Positions 8,333 through 16,373 of a stretch of 19,494 nt of DNA are shown piece by piece. The stretch spans positions 1 through 19,494 of the forward strand of contig JANMKN010000057.1 in assembly GCA_031372065.1 (NCBI GenBank), given 5' to 3'. Position numbers and translations under genes: made by a program. The stretch is from Abditibacteriaceae bacterium. GTDB taxonomy: Bacteria > Armatimonadota > Abditibacteriia > Abditibacteriales > Abditibacteriaceae. The notes beneath the pieces are model-generated. The model did no database searches, was not told the DNA's origin, and saw only the letters and a program-made list of their open reading frames with translations. Numbering within the stretch: position 1 is the first letter of the stretch; the number at the start of each line of letters is the position of its first letter.

Positions 8333-8933
8333 CGTCGGAAATTCCTTTACTTTTCGCCATGATTTGCCCGGTTTGATGGCTCAAATGGCGCCGCAGAGCA
8401 TCGAATCGCAAATGATTGTCGCGGGTGGCGCCAGTTTGCGCTTGCATCTCAACAGCGGCGCAGTTCAAACCGCGCTGGCCGAAAAATGGGATATCGTGAT
8501 TTTGCAAGAACAAAGCACGCTGCCGATTAAAAATACCAAACGTTTTCACGAAAACGTGCGCGAAATGCAAGAATTGATAAGCGAAACTGGGGCGCAAACC
8601 GCGCTTTATCAAACGTGGGCGCGGCAAAACGCGCCCGCAACGCAAGACACCTTAAACATCGCTTACGAAAATATCGGGCGCGAAATCGGCGCGCTGTTAA
8701 TTCCTGTCGGCGCGGCGTGGCAAGCGGCGCTCGCCGTGCAAAATGACTTGCCGCTTTACGACAGCGATGGCAGTCATCCCTCGCCTCTCGGCAGTTATTT
8801 GGCGGCCTGTGTTTTTGTCGCGAAATTGTGGCAAAAGGACGCACGCGGCTTGCTGGTGCCCGAAGCATTGAAAATCGAAGAATCGCACGCCGCGTTGGTG
8901 CGCGATGCAGCATGGCAGGCTTTGCAGATTTAA
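8304..8933 (+). CDS. SGNH/GDSL hydrolase family protein
   Basis: Block I LFVGNSFT, WDIVILQEQS, PVGAAW, and catalytic DxxH in DGSHPSPLGSYLAA. Confidence 0.88.
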   Translation: MASSVSRLLFVGNSFTFRHDLPGLMAQMAPQSIESQMIVAGGASLRLHLNSGAVQTALAEKWDIVILQEQSTLPIKNTKRFHENVREMQELISETGAQTALYQTWARQNAPATQDTLNIAYENIGREIGALLIPVGAAWQAALAVQNDLPLYDSDGSHPSPLGSYLAACVFVAKLWQKDARGLLVPEALKIEESHAALVRDAAWQALQI

Positions 8934-8949
8934 GGATATAATCCCCGCG

Positions 8950-9873
8950 ATGAGATCATCTGATACTGCCCGCAAAATCCGCCTGTTTATTTTCATTGCC
9001 ATTTTTGGTTTTACTGTGATGCGCGGTTGTCAGCACCAAAACCAGCAACCGACGCCGCGTCCGCAACGAACTCCGGCACCTCGTCGCACTTCGGTGCCGC
9101 GTCGCACGCCTGTGGGTGGGCAGGGAACTCCCATGCGGCTTTTGCCGCAGAACGCCGATAACAGCAACGTGCTGCTGGGTTTTCCGGGCGCGGCAGGCCG
9201 CAATGCCGATAGTTTTTTGGTCGAACGCCCGCAATTTACCATGTCTTACAACCAAAGCGATGGTGGTCCGAACTGGGTCAGTTGGCACACCAGCACGGCG
9301 ACTCTGGGGCCTGTGGCACGCGGCGATTTTCATCCCGACCCGCTTTTGCCGCCGGAATCACAAATCCGGCCCTCCGATTACCGTGGTAGCGGCTATGATC
9401 GCGGCCATGTGTGTCCCAGCGGTGACCGCACGGCCACAACCGAAGACAATGACGCCACATTTGCGATGTCGAATATGCTGCCGCAAACAGCGGCGCTGAA
9501 TCAGCACGTTTGGAAAGAACTGGAAGATTATTGCCGCGATTTGGCAAACCAAGGCAACGAATTATATATTGCGGCGGGCGGCGTCGGTTCGGCCAAGCGC
9601 ATTGGTAAGGGCAAAGTGAATGTGCCCACGGATTGCTGGAAAGTAATCGTTGTTTTGCCCGAAGGCGACGGTGATTTATCGCGTATTGATGCTAAAACGC
9701 GCGTCATTGGTGTGCTGATGCCGAATCAGCAAAACAAGCAAGTCGAAAAGGCCGATTGGCCGCAATACGCCACCAGCGTTCTGCAAATCGAAAAAGCCAC
9801 CGGATTCGATTTTTTCTCCAATGTGCCCGCCACTGTGCGCCGCCAATTGGAAGCGAGAGTTGATAAAGGATGA
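8950..9873 (+). CDS. nucA: Sugar-non-specific DNA/RNA endonuclease (NucA/EndoG family) with N-terminal membrane anchor
   Basis: GYDRGHVCPSGDR active-site motif, PNWVSW, ATFAMSNMLPQ..LNQHVW..LE, WKVIVVL, IEKATGFDFF. Likely start ATG at 8950. TM segment followed by a Pro/Arg-rich linker. Confidence 0.92.
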   Translation: MRSSDTARKIRLFIFIAIFGFTVMRGCQHQNQQPTPRPQRTPAPRRTSVPRRTPVGGQGTPMRLLPQNADNSNVLLGFPGAAGRNADSFLVERPQFTMSYNQSDGGPNWVSWHTSTATLGPVARGDFHPDPLLPPESQIRPSDYRGSGYDRGHVCPSGDRTATTEDNDATFAMSNMLPQTAALNQHVWKELEDYCRDLANQGNELYIAAGGVGSAKRIGKGKVNVPTDCWKVIVVLPEGDGDLSRIDAKTRVIGVLMPNQQNKQVEKADWPQYATSVLQIEKATGFDFFSNVPATVRRQLEARVDKG

Positions 9874-9922
9874 GCGGAAGCTATGCTGGATGTTTGATAA
9901 AAGGATTACTATTCATCCGCCA

Positions 9923-10417
9923 TCAAGTTTCTACCACTTTGGTTTGCACGCCGGCCCAGCCGTTTTCGGTTTGGCCGGCGACGAAAACATCAATATTCGT
10001 TTCGCCAAGGCGGAAAACAGTGATATTTTTTAGATTGGCTTCGAGCGTTTTTTTCAAATTCTCAAAACGCTGCACTTCGGCTTTTTCCTCGTCGTTCATC
10101 CAATCTTCGGCAGTTACGACAGGCTCGAAAAATTCATCAAGTGTTTGTGTGGAAACCGACGTGCCTGTTGGCAGTTTGGCGTTTTTAACAACAATATCGG
10201 GCATGAGTTTTCCTTTGTCGCCGGGCCAAAAAAAAGGTGTCAGCGGCGCGTCGGTTTCGCTGATGTAAAGCAAATCTTTGGCGGCAACTTCAAGTTTTTC
10301 GACAACTCCGTTTTTGGCGCTATCTTCCTTGGGCGTGTTGTCTTTGGACGCTTCTACTTTAGGTGTTTTGGGTTGTTGCGGGGCGGTTTTTTCGTTTGCT
10401 GGTTCTTTTGCTTGCAT
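9923..10417 (-). CDS. nuiA: Nuclease A inhibitor family protein
   Basis: LLYISETDAP..PFFW, TLDEFF, RFENLKKTLEANL..VFRLG, and C-terminal GWAGVQTKVVET typical of NuiA. Convergent with nucA. The ATG at 10417 avoids overlap with the GGDEF gene. Confidence 0.88.
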   Translation of the reverse strand: MQAKEPANEKTAPQQPKTPKVEASKDNTPKEDSAKNGVVEKLEVAAKDLLYISETDAPLTPFFWPGDKGKLMPDIVVKNAKLPTGTSVSTQTLDEFFEPVVTAEDWMNDEEKAEVQRFENLKKTLEANLKNITVFRLGETNIDVFVAGQTENGWAGVQTKVVET

Positions 10418-10443
10418 GAAGTTTAGTTTAGTGAACTGGTTCA

Positions 10444-11982
10444 CTACGGCGCCGATTGTTTTGTTATGTTTTTCGTGTGAATCACGCAATTGCGCCCGGC
10501 GGCTTTGGCGGCATAAAGTGCGGCGTCGGCGCTGGCTGTCATTTCGGCGCGGGTGCGCATTTCAGAGCGAAATGTGCTAACGCCGATGCTGGCCGTGACT
10601 TGGCGGTGGGGCCATTCTTTGCCTTCAATTTTTTCACGTAAGCGGTCAGCTAAAATAATCGCGCCGGGCGCTTCGGTGCCAGTCAAAATCAAAGCAAATT
10701 CTTCGCCGCCGTAACGCGCCGCGATGTCTGTGTTGCGCACGCCGTTGCCTAAAATTTGAGCCACGCCTTTTAGCACTTCGTCGCCCGCCGGATGGCCGAA
10801 ACTGTCGTTGTATTGCTTGAATTTGTCTACATCAAGTAGCAAAAGCGACAGCGGCGCATCGTAGCGACGGGCGCGCTGAAATTCTTCTTCCAAACGCTGA
10901 TCGAAAGTGCGCCGATTTTTTAATCCCGTGAGGCCGTCGGTGGTCGCCAATGACTCCAACTGAGCGTTGGCGGCCAACAATTCCATTTGTTTGGTTTCGA
11001 GTTCTTTTTGCCTTGCATTTAGGGCGGTGCGCGTTTCAAAACGTTCGATTTCTCCGCCGACCCATTGCGCCATCATTTGCAGCACATCCAGATCACTTTC
11101 GGCAAAGGGCGCTGTGCGCGGCGTGATAGAAGAAAAATTCAACGCGCCATAAATCTGATTGCCGACCATCACCAGCACGCCTACCGCTGCGTCGCGTTGG
11201 GTCAATATTTGCTGAGGTCGCGCCTCGCCCGCAAGAGCCACGCGTGCTAAAGAAGCCAAACCCGTTGGCGCTCCGCTGGCCGTTCCTGTGGCGACATCCA
11301 AATCGAAACTGCGGCCTCTCCGCACGCGTTCGTCGGGTGAAATCACTTGCGCCAACTCCAAACTGACGGTGCGCGGCAAAGTGCCTTGGGCCATCTCAGA
11401 GTTGACGGCGAACTCGCATAAAACGCCGGTTTCCATGCCAAAACGACGGCAGCCCAGCATAAGCAGCGAACTGATTTTACCGGCCAAATCGCCTTCTTGT
11501 TTACTGACAACTTGTGCTAAATCGTGAATCGCGGCGCGGGCCGTTTGCGAGGCTCTTTCCGCATCATAGCGACGGGTGACATCTTCCAGCAGCAAATTCG
11601 CATAAACGCCGCTGCCAGTGCCATGAATGACGCCTTGTGCAGGCAAGCGCGCAATCGTGAGGCGGCCTTGCAAAGGGCGTCCGTCTTTGCGATAAATCGG
11701 GTGTTCGGTTTGAAATTGTGCGATTTTTCCGCTGCGAAGTTCGGCCCATAATTCTTTGATTTGCAAGGCATTTTCGGGCAAGGCCAAGCGCTCGAAGGTA
11801 AAACCGGTCAGTTCTTCGGGCGTGTAACCTGTGATCGTAGAAAAAGCGCGATTGGCGCGCAAAATCAGGCCTTGCGCGTCGGTTTCGGCGAAGCCCATTC
11901 CGACTGTCTCAATGAGTGTGCGCCAGGCTGGTGGCTCTACGTTGGGCGGAGCCGCTTTTTGAAATAATTTCATGATCCCCAT
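10444..11982 (-). CDS. Diguanylate cyclase, PAS-GAF-GGDEF
   Basis: PAS (ANRAFSTITGYTPEEL, RKDG), a GAF-like middle, a coiled coil, then TDGLTGLKNRR, DVDKFKQYNDSFGHPAGD, I-site RNTD and active site RYGGEEF. Start could be 11973. Confidence 0.93.
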   Translation of the reverse strand: MGIMKLFQKAAPPNVEPPAWRTLIETVGMGFAETDAQGLILRANRAFSTITGYTPEELTGFTFERLALPENALQIKELWAELRSGKIAQFQTEHPIYRKDGRPLQGRLTIARLPAQGVIHGTGSGVYANLLLEDVTRRYDAERASQTARAAIHDLAQVVSKQEGDLAGKISSLLMLGCRRFGMETGVLCEFAVNSEMAQGTLPRTVSLELAQVISPDERVRRGRSFDLDVATGTASGAPTGLASLARVALAGEARPQQILTQRDAAVGVLVMVGNQIYGALNFSSITPRTAPFAESDLDVLQMMAQWVGGEIERFETRTALNARQKELETKQMELLAANAQLESLATTDGLTGLKNRRTFDQRLEEEFQRARRYDAPLSLLLLDVDKFKQYNDSFGHPAGDEVLKGVAQILGNGVRNTDIAARYGGEEFALILTGTEAPGAIILADRLREKIEGKEWPHRQVTASIGVSTFRSEMRTRAEMTASADAALYAAKAAGRNCVIHTKNITKQSAP

Positions 11983-12139
11983 TACTTGCCCGTCAGTTTG
12001 TAGATTGATTCAGCCTTTATGTTTCCACAAATTTTAACACGCGTGACCCATTTCGAGGCAGGGCGCAAAATTTTGTGCAAAGCGCACCGCGCGCCAGAGA
12101 AGATTGTCCAAGGATGCGTTTTGAAAAACCCGATTTGGG

Positions 12140-12170
12140 TATAATAAAAAACAACCAGTTTCATGGAGGA
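12140..12170 (+). promoter_or_regulatory. Possible -10 box and RBS for the 12179 gene
   Basis: Perfect TATAAT at 12140-12145 and GGAGGA at 12165-12170. No well-spaced -35 seen. Confidence 0.45.
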
Positions 12171-12178
12171 AACACCAA

Positions 12179-12463
12179 ATGTTGAAAAAGTTTTTGTTGG
12201 CTGCTGTGGTAGCCGCCGGGTTGGGATTTGGCTCAATGAGCCGCGCTGAAGAAGCGCCGAAGCCGATTGACGTTAAAGTTTGCCCGATGTCGAAAGAAGC
12301 CGTCAAAGGCGATGGCGCTGGCAATGAAGTGGTTGGGAAATACAAAGTATTTTTCTGCTGTGGCGGTTGCAAAGGCAACTTTGATAAGCTGTCTGCCGAA
12401 GACAAAACCAAAAAAGTCGAAGCGGCCCTGAAAGTTCAAGAAGACGCCGCGAAAAAAGGCTAA
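12179..12463 (+). CDS. Small secreted YHS/TRASH-like metal-binding protein
   Basis: Signal peptide, VCPMS...YKVFFCCGGC cysteine pattern, strong RBS and downstream terminator. Confidence 0.78.
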   Translation: MLKKFLLAAVVAAGLGFGSMSRAEEAPKPIDVKVCPMSKEAVKGDGAGNEVVGKYKVFFCCGGCKGNFDKLSAEDKTKKVEAALKVQEDAAKKG

Positions 12464-12470
12464 TCGCCTC

Positions 12471-12510
12471 GCAAAAAGCCGGAAAACTCAAGGTTTTCCG
12501 GCTTTTTTGC
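12471..12510. terminator. Intrinsic terminator
   Basis: GCAAAAAGCCGGAAAAC-TCAAG-GTTTTCCGGCTTTTTTGC. Confidence 0.9.
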
Positions 12511-12524
12511 GTTTGATTCTGATT

Positions 12525-12794
12525 ATGCAACGACAAAAACTTTTGATGCTTTACGCCCAATCGCCCGATTTGCGCAGCGGCATTGGCGCGTGGACGATTT
12601 TCGATGCCACCGGAAAAGAAGACCACACAACCGGCGATTGCGAAACCCCGCCCTATAAGTCCGTCTTCGACGCCATGAAAGATGGCTGGCGCGTGATTCA
12701 ATTGCCGCAGCAGTTTCCCGCTTATCCCGGCATGGAACTCAGCACGTCGTTCTTGCGCTTTGAATATGTATTGGAAAAGTTGGAGGAAATCTGA
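12525..12794 (+). CDS. Small hypothetical protein (89 aa) coupled to the PhyH gene
   Basis: ATG at 12525, host-like codon usage, and a TGATG overlap with the next gene. Confidence 0.75.
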   Translation: MQRQKLLMLYAQSPDLRSGIGAWTIFDATGKEDHTTGDCETPPYKSVFDAMKDGWRVIQLPQQFPAYPGMELSTSFLRFEYVLEKLEEI

Positions 12795-13615
12795 TGGACA
12801 AGCAACATCTTTTGACTTCAGTGCAGATGGCGAACTTTGTCGCCGATGGAATGCTGCGCTTCGATGAACTGGTGCCCAAAGAAATCAACGATGAAGCGAT
12901 GCGCGAACTGGATGAAAAGCTGATCAATTTCGGCTACGAGCCGCAAGGACAGCCGCTTTCCAATTTGTGGCAAGAATCGAACGGTTTCGGCGCCATGATT
13001 CGCCTGCCGCAAGTGCAGGGACTCATTCACAGCCTGATTGGCCCCCATCCGCTTTACGATCATCACTGCCCGCACAAAGTGCCGCCGCGCAAAAGCGATG
13101 GGCAAACGTGGCACGCCGACGCGATCATTGATACGCGCCAGCATTTCGACATTCAGTTGTTCTATTACCCGCACGATGTGCCGCGCGAGATGGGCGGCAC
13201 GATGTTTTTACCGGGAAGTCATCTGCGGCGCGTTCACGAGAGCGAAATTGGGCGCTACCAGAACTTCGTGGGGCAAATGCCGATGGTCTGCAAAGCGGGC
13301 ACGCTCGCCGTGGCGCACCACGGTTTGTGGCATTGCGCCCAACCGAACCACACCGACCAAATGCGTTATATGTTTAAGCTGCGCCTCAACCCGACAGTCC
13401 GCCAAAAGTTGCTGTGGAACACGGGCGATTTGCACGATCCGAAAATTGACGGCATTTTATTCCGCGATCATCACTGGTATGGCATTGAGAATCGCCTCGA
13501 ATATGCCCAACGCATCAAATTTTGGCGCTTTCTGACCGGAAATGAAGCCTTTGACGCCCACTATTGGCTCACTCGCATCGAAAACACGCCGGAAAATGTG
13601 GCCGTTGCCGCGTAA
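12794..13615 (+). CDS. Phytanoyl-CoA dioxygenase (PhyH) family Fe(II)/2-oxoglutarate dioxygenase
   Basis: HxD facial triad (WHAD) with distal His (LWHCAQPN), MGGTMFLPGSH, and a downstream Arg (MRYM). GGAGG RBS. Confidence 0.88.
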   Translation: MDKQHLLTSVQMANFVADGMLRFDELVPKEINDEAMRELDEKLINFGYEPQGQPLSNLWQESNGFGAMIRLPQVQGLIHSLIGPHPLYDHHCPHKVPPRKSDGQTWHADAIIDTRQHFDIQLFYYPHDVPREMGGTMFLPGSHLRRVHESEIGRYQNFVGQMPMVCKAGTLAVAHHGLWHCAQPNHTDQMRYMFKLRLNPTVRQKLLWNTGDLHDPKIDGILFRDHHWYGIENRLEYAQRIKFWRFLTGNEAFDAHYWLTRIENTPENVAVAA

Positions 13616-13641
13616 GGTCGAAACGGCTGTCCAATATCGCC

Positions 13642-15129
13642 ATGAAAAGAATCCTGCTTTTGCTGTCGTTGCTGTTACTTTGGGCGCCGACGTGGGCCAA
13701 AGCGCCCCGGCCTAACATCATTTTCGTGCTGGCGGACGATTTAGGGCTGGATGGTGTCAGTTGTTACGGCGGAGACAAATACAAGACGCCGAATGTGGAC
13801 GCTTTGGCGGCCTCTGGCACGCGCTTTCAAACCTGTTACGCCGCGCCGCTGTGCGGGCCGTCGCGCTGTCTGCTGATGACCGGACGCTACGCCTTCCGCA
13901 CCGGCGGCTTGACCAACGATTCATGGCGCAACGCCGGGCCGGGCGCCAAATCTGCCGACGAAATTTCCATCGCCCGGCTGTTAAAAGCCAACGGTTACGT
14001 CACAGGGCAGTCCGGTAAGTGGAGGCAAGTCGGCGAGACGCCCAAAGACTGGGGCTTTGACGAATATCTAACCGATCCGACGGCGGGCGGCTGGTATTGG
14101 CAGAACTGGGTGGAGAAAAATGGTCAAAAAGTGGACTTGCCGCCCAACACTTACGGCCCCGATGTGGCCCAGCAGTTCGCCGTTGACTTCGTGCGCCGCC
14201 ACAAGCGCGAATCATTCTTCCTTTATTATCCGATGCATCTGGTTCACGGCCCGATTGTCCGCACACCCGACAGCAAAGGCGACCACGATTTCTACGCGGA
14301 CAACATCGCTTACATGGATAAGCAGTTAGGCGCCTTAGTTGCCGAAGTAAATCAACTGGGATTGCGGCGCAATACTGTAATTATCTTTTCCGGTGACAAC
14401 GGGACAGCCCTCAAGTATCCCAGCACCATCGGCGGGCGCATGATTAACGGCAAAAAAGCCAGTATGCTGGAAGGCGGTTCGCGCGTGCCGTTCATTGTGA
14501 GTTGGCCTCGCGTCACTCCGGCGGGAAAAGTGTCGCAAGACATCATCAGCTTCGCCGACCCGTATGCCACATTCGCCGAACTTGCGGGCGCAAAGCTGCC
14601 CTCCGGCGTAAAAATAGACAGCCACAGCTTCGCGCCGCAGATTTTGGGGAAAACAGGCACGCCGCGCCCGTGGGCTTACGTTCAATTGGGCAATCGTTGG
14701 TTCGTGCGCGAAGCGGGCTTCAAGATGAACGAGCAAAGCGAACTGTTCGACATGAGTGACGCGCCATTTTCCGAAAAATTGATCGCGCGCGCCGACGATA
14801 CAACCGCCAGCAAAGCGGCGCGGGCGCGTTTGGCCGCCGCGTTAGCCGAACTTGACCCCGCGTCCGGCAAAAAGGACAGCGGCGGCGGCGGCAAGAAGAA
14901 AAAAGGCGCCGGAAAAGCAGGCGGCAAAGGCAAAGGCGCCGGCAAACCCCGCGTGCAGATGTTCAAAACCCGCGATGCGAACAACGATGGCAAACTAACG
15001 CGCGAAGAATTCTCTTCCTCTTTGCCCGATAAAGCCACCGCCGCCGAACGGTTCAACTCCTTCGACTTAAACAAAGATGGCTTTCTCAACCAAGAAGAGT
15101 TCGTGACGATGGGCGGAACGAAAAAGTAG
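13642..15129 (+). CDS. Secreted formylglycine-dependent sulfatase with C-terminal EF-hand pair
   Basis: Signal peptide from ATG 13642. Motifs PNIIFVLADDLG, CGPSRCLLMTGRY (CxPxR), GKW, VHGP, GDNG, EGGSRVPFI. A Gly/Lys linker leads to DANNDGKLTREEF and DLNKDGFLNQEEF. Confidence 0.93.
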   Translation: MKRILLLLSLLLLWAPTWAKAPRPNIIFVLADDLGLDGVSCYGGDKYKTPNVDALAASGTRFQTCYAAPLCGPSRCLLMTGRYAFRTGGLTNDSWRNAGPGAKSADEISIARLLKANGYVTGQSGKWRQVGETPKDWGFDEYLTDPTAGGWYWQNWVEKNGQKVDLPPNTYGPDVAQQFAVDFVRRHKRESFFLYYPMHLVHGPIVRTPDSKGDHDFYADNIAYMDKQLGALVAEVNQLGLRRNTVIIFSGDNGTALKYPSTIGGRMINGKKASMLEGGSRVPFIVSWPRVTPAGKVSQDIISFADPYATFAELAGAKLPSGVKIDSHSFAPQILGKTGTPRPWAYVQLGNRWFVREAGFKMNEQSELFDMSDAPFSEKLIARADDTTASKAARARLAAALAELDPASGKKDSGGGGKKKKGAGKAGGKGKGAGKPRVQMFKTRDANNDGKLTREEFSSSLPDKATAAERFNSFDLNKDGFLNQEEFVTMGGTKK

Positions 15130-15139
15130 TCGTCGCACC

Positions 15140-15189
15140 CAAAAAAACGCCGTCGCTTTGCACTTACGCAAAGCGACGGCGTTTTTTTG
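15140..15189. terminator. Bidirectional intrinsic terminator
   Basis: CAAAAAAACGCCGTCGCTTTGC-ACTTAC-GCAAAGCGACGGCGTTTTTTTG: perfect 22-bp stem between convergent genes. Confidence 0.92.
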
Positions 15190-15209
15190 CGCCTTTTCAG
15201 CCGCAAAGT

Positions 15210-16115
15210 TTACGCTACCGCGTCTAATCTCCGCTTAACTTCGGCGTAAACGTCGGCGGGCAAGGCGCCGCGCGCGGCATCTTGCACGTTTTCGCGCAAA
15301 TGTTCGGGGCTTTTGGTGCCGACGATGTTGGTGCTCATGCCGGGATGGGAATTGGTGAAACGAAGCAAGAAGCCGGTGCGCGTTTCGCCGTCTTCGAGCA
15401 GTTCATCGAGTTTCGCTTTTTCCCAACCTGTCCACTTATCCTGATTACCCAAACCGGCTCCGGGTTCGCCGCGTGCCACACCGCCGCGCACAATGACGCC
15501 TGCGCCGCTGTCGGCGGCTTTTTGTATGAGTTCTTCGTGTTCGCGTTCAAAAGCCGAGTAGGGAATCTGAAAAGTATCGAACACGCCCCAGCCGATATAG
15601 GTTTCAAGGTGCGGATTAGTGGATGAAATGCCAATCCAACGCACTTTGCCTTGCGCTTTCATCTCTTGCAGCACAGAAACCAAGTCGCCACTCTCGCATT
15701 GTTCGACGCTGGGGTTGTGAAGCTGCATGACATCCACATAATCGGTCTTCATGCGCTCTAAACTCTCGTGCAAACCGCGAAAAAGATTGTCGCGCGTCCA
15801 AACGTGCGGCGTGTCGTCGGTGTGTTCGTCGCGATGCACGACGGTGCAGCCGCACTTTGTGGCTAAAACATACTCGTCGCGCCGATGAGAAATGTAGCGC
15901 CCGATATATTCTTCGCTTTTGCCGTAATCGTTGGCGGTATCAATGAACGTAATACCTTCGTCCAGCACGGCATTGAGGATGACTTCGGCTTCGGAATCCT
16001 CGATGGGGCGCCCGCCCCAGATGCGCGACCCGCGAATTTCCATCGCGCCGTGACCGAGTTTGGTCACTTTCAGGCCGGTGCGACCCAATGTGCCTTGCGG
16101 CAGTGTGTTACTCAT
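15210..16115 (-). CDS. Aldo/keto reductase
   Basis: LGRTGLKVTKLG, GITFIDTANDYG, LATKCG, SLERMKTDYVDVMQLH, GKVRWIGIS. ATG at 16115 with AAAGGA RBS. Confidence 0.93.
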   Translation of the reverse strand: MSNTLPQGTLGRTGLKVTKLGHGAMEIRGSRIWGGRPIEDSEAEVILNAVLDEGITFIDTANDYGKSEEYIGRYISHRRDEYVLATKCGCTVVHRDEHTDDTPHVWTRDNLFRGLHESLERMKTDYVDVMQLHNPSVEQCESGDLVSVLQEMKAQGKVRWIGISSTNPHLETYIGWGVFDTFQIPYSAFEREHEELIQKAADSGAGVIVRGGVARGEPGAGLGNQDKWTGWEKAKLDELLEDGETRTGFLLRFTNSHPGMSTNIVGTKSPEHLRENVQDAARGALPADVYAEVKRRLDAVA

Positions 16116-16117
16116 AA

Positions 16118-16125
16118 AATCCTTT
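16118..16125 (+). repeat. 8-bp target site duplication, left (AATCCTTT)
   Basis: Identical to 18908-18915 and abuts the TIR. Confidence 0.95.
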
Positions 16126-16163
16126 GGTAATAATAGACTTGACTCACCTAAGCACAAATTAAG

Positions 16164-16196
16164 CAAAATCCCGCGTGTCTGTCACACGGGATTTTG
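16164..16196 (-). terminator. Terminator-like hairpin at the distal end of the IS
   Basis: Minus-strand RNA CAAAAUCCCGUGUG-ACAGA-CACGCGGGAUUUUG (14-bp stem, one G:U), followed by CUUAAUUUG. Overlaps the stop of the last passenger ORF. Confidence 0.75.
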
Positions 16197-16373
16197 GGTT
16201 TGTTTCTTCCGAGATTTGCGGGCATCTCTTTTAGCCGCGTTTGATGCTTGAAACGTGGCTAATTGCTCATCGTTCTCTTTTTTAGGCGTGTTGAGAACTG
16301 TTTTTGCAATTTCCTTAAATTCAGAAATAGGAATCAGAGGGGTGTCTTTAGCTGGAATGGTTTTCTTGCTCAT
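16182..16373 (-). CDS. Small basic helical hypothetical protein (63 aa), IS passenger
   Basis: ATG at 16373 (alternative GTG at 16385), purine-rich upstream sequence, overlap with the 3' end of the previous ORF, and an end in the terminator hairpin. Confidence 0.6.
   Translation of the reverse strand: MSKKTIPAKDTPLIPISEFKEIAKTVLNTPKKENDEQLATFQASNAAKRDARKSRKKQTQNPV

Noticed and set aside
10418..10489. Longer nuiA start at 10489
   Set aside because: It overlaps the GGDEF 3' end. ATG 10417 is more parsimonious.
14682..15206. 174-aa minus-strand Pro-rich ORF
   Set aside because: Antisense shadow of the sulfatase Gly/Lys linker that crosses the terminator.
16116..16166. N-terminal extension of the aldo/keto reductase in the ORF track (MLNLCLGESSLLLPKDF)
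   Set aside because: It is the translated IS terminal repeat and TSD. The RBS supports ATG 16115.
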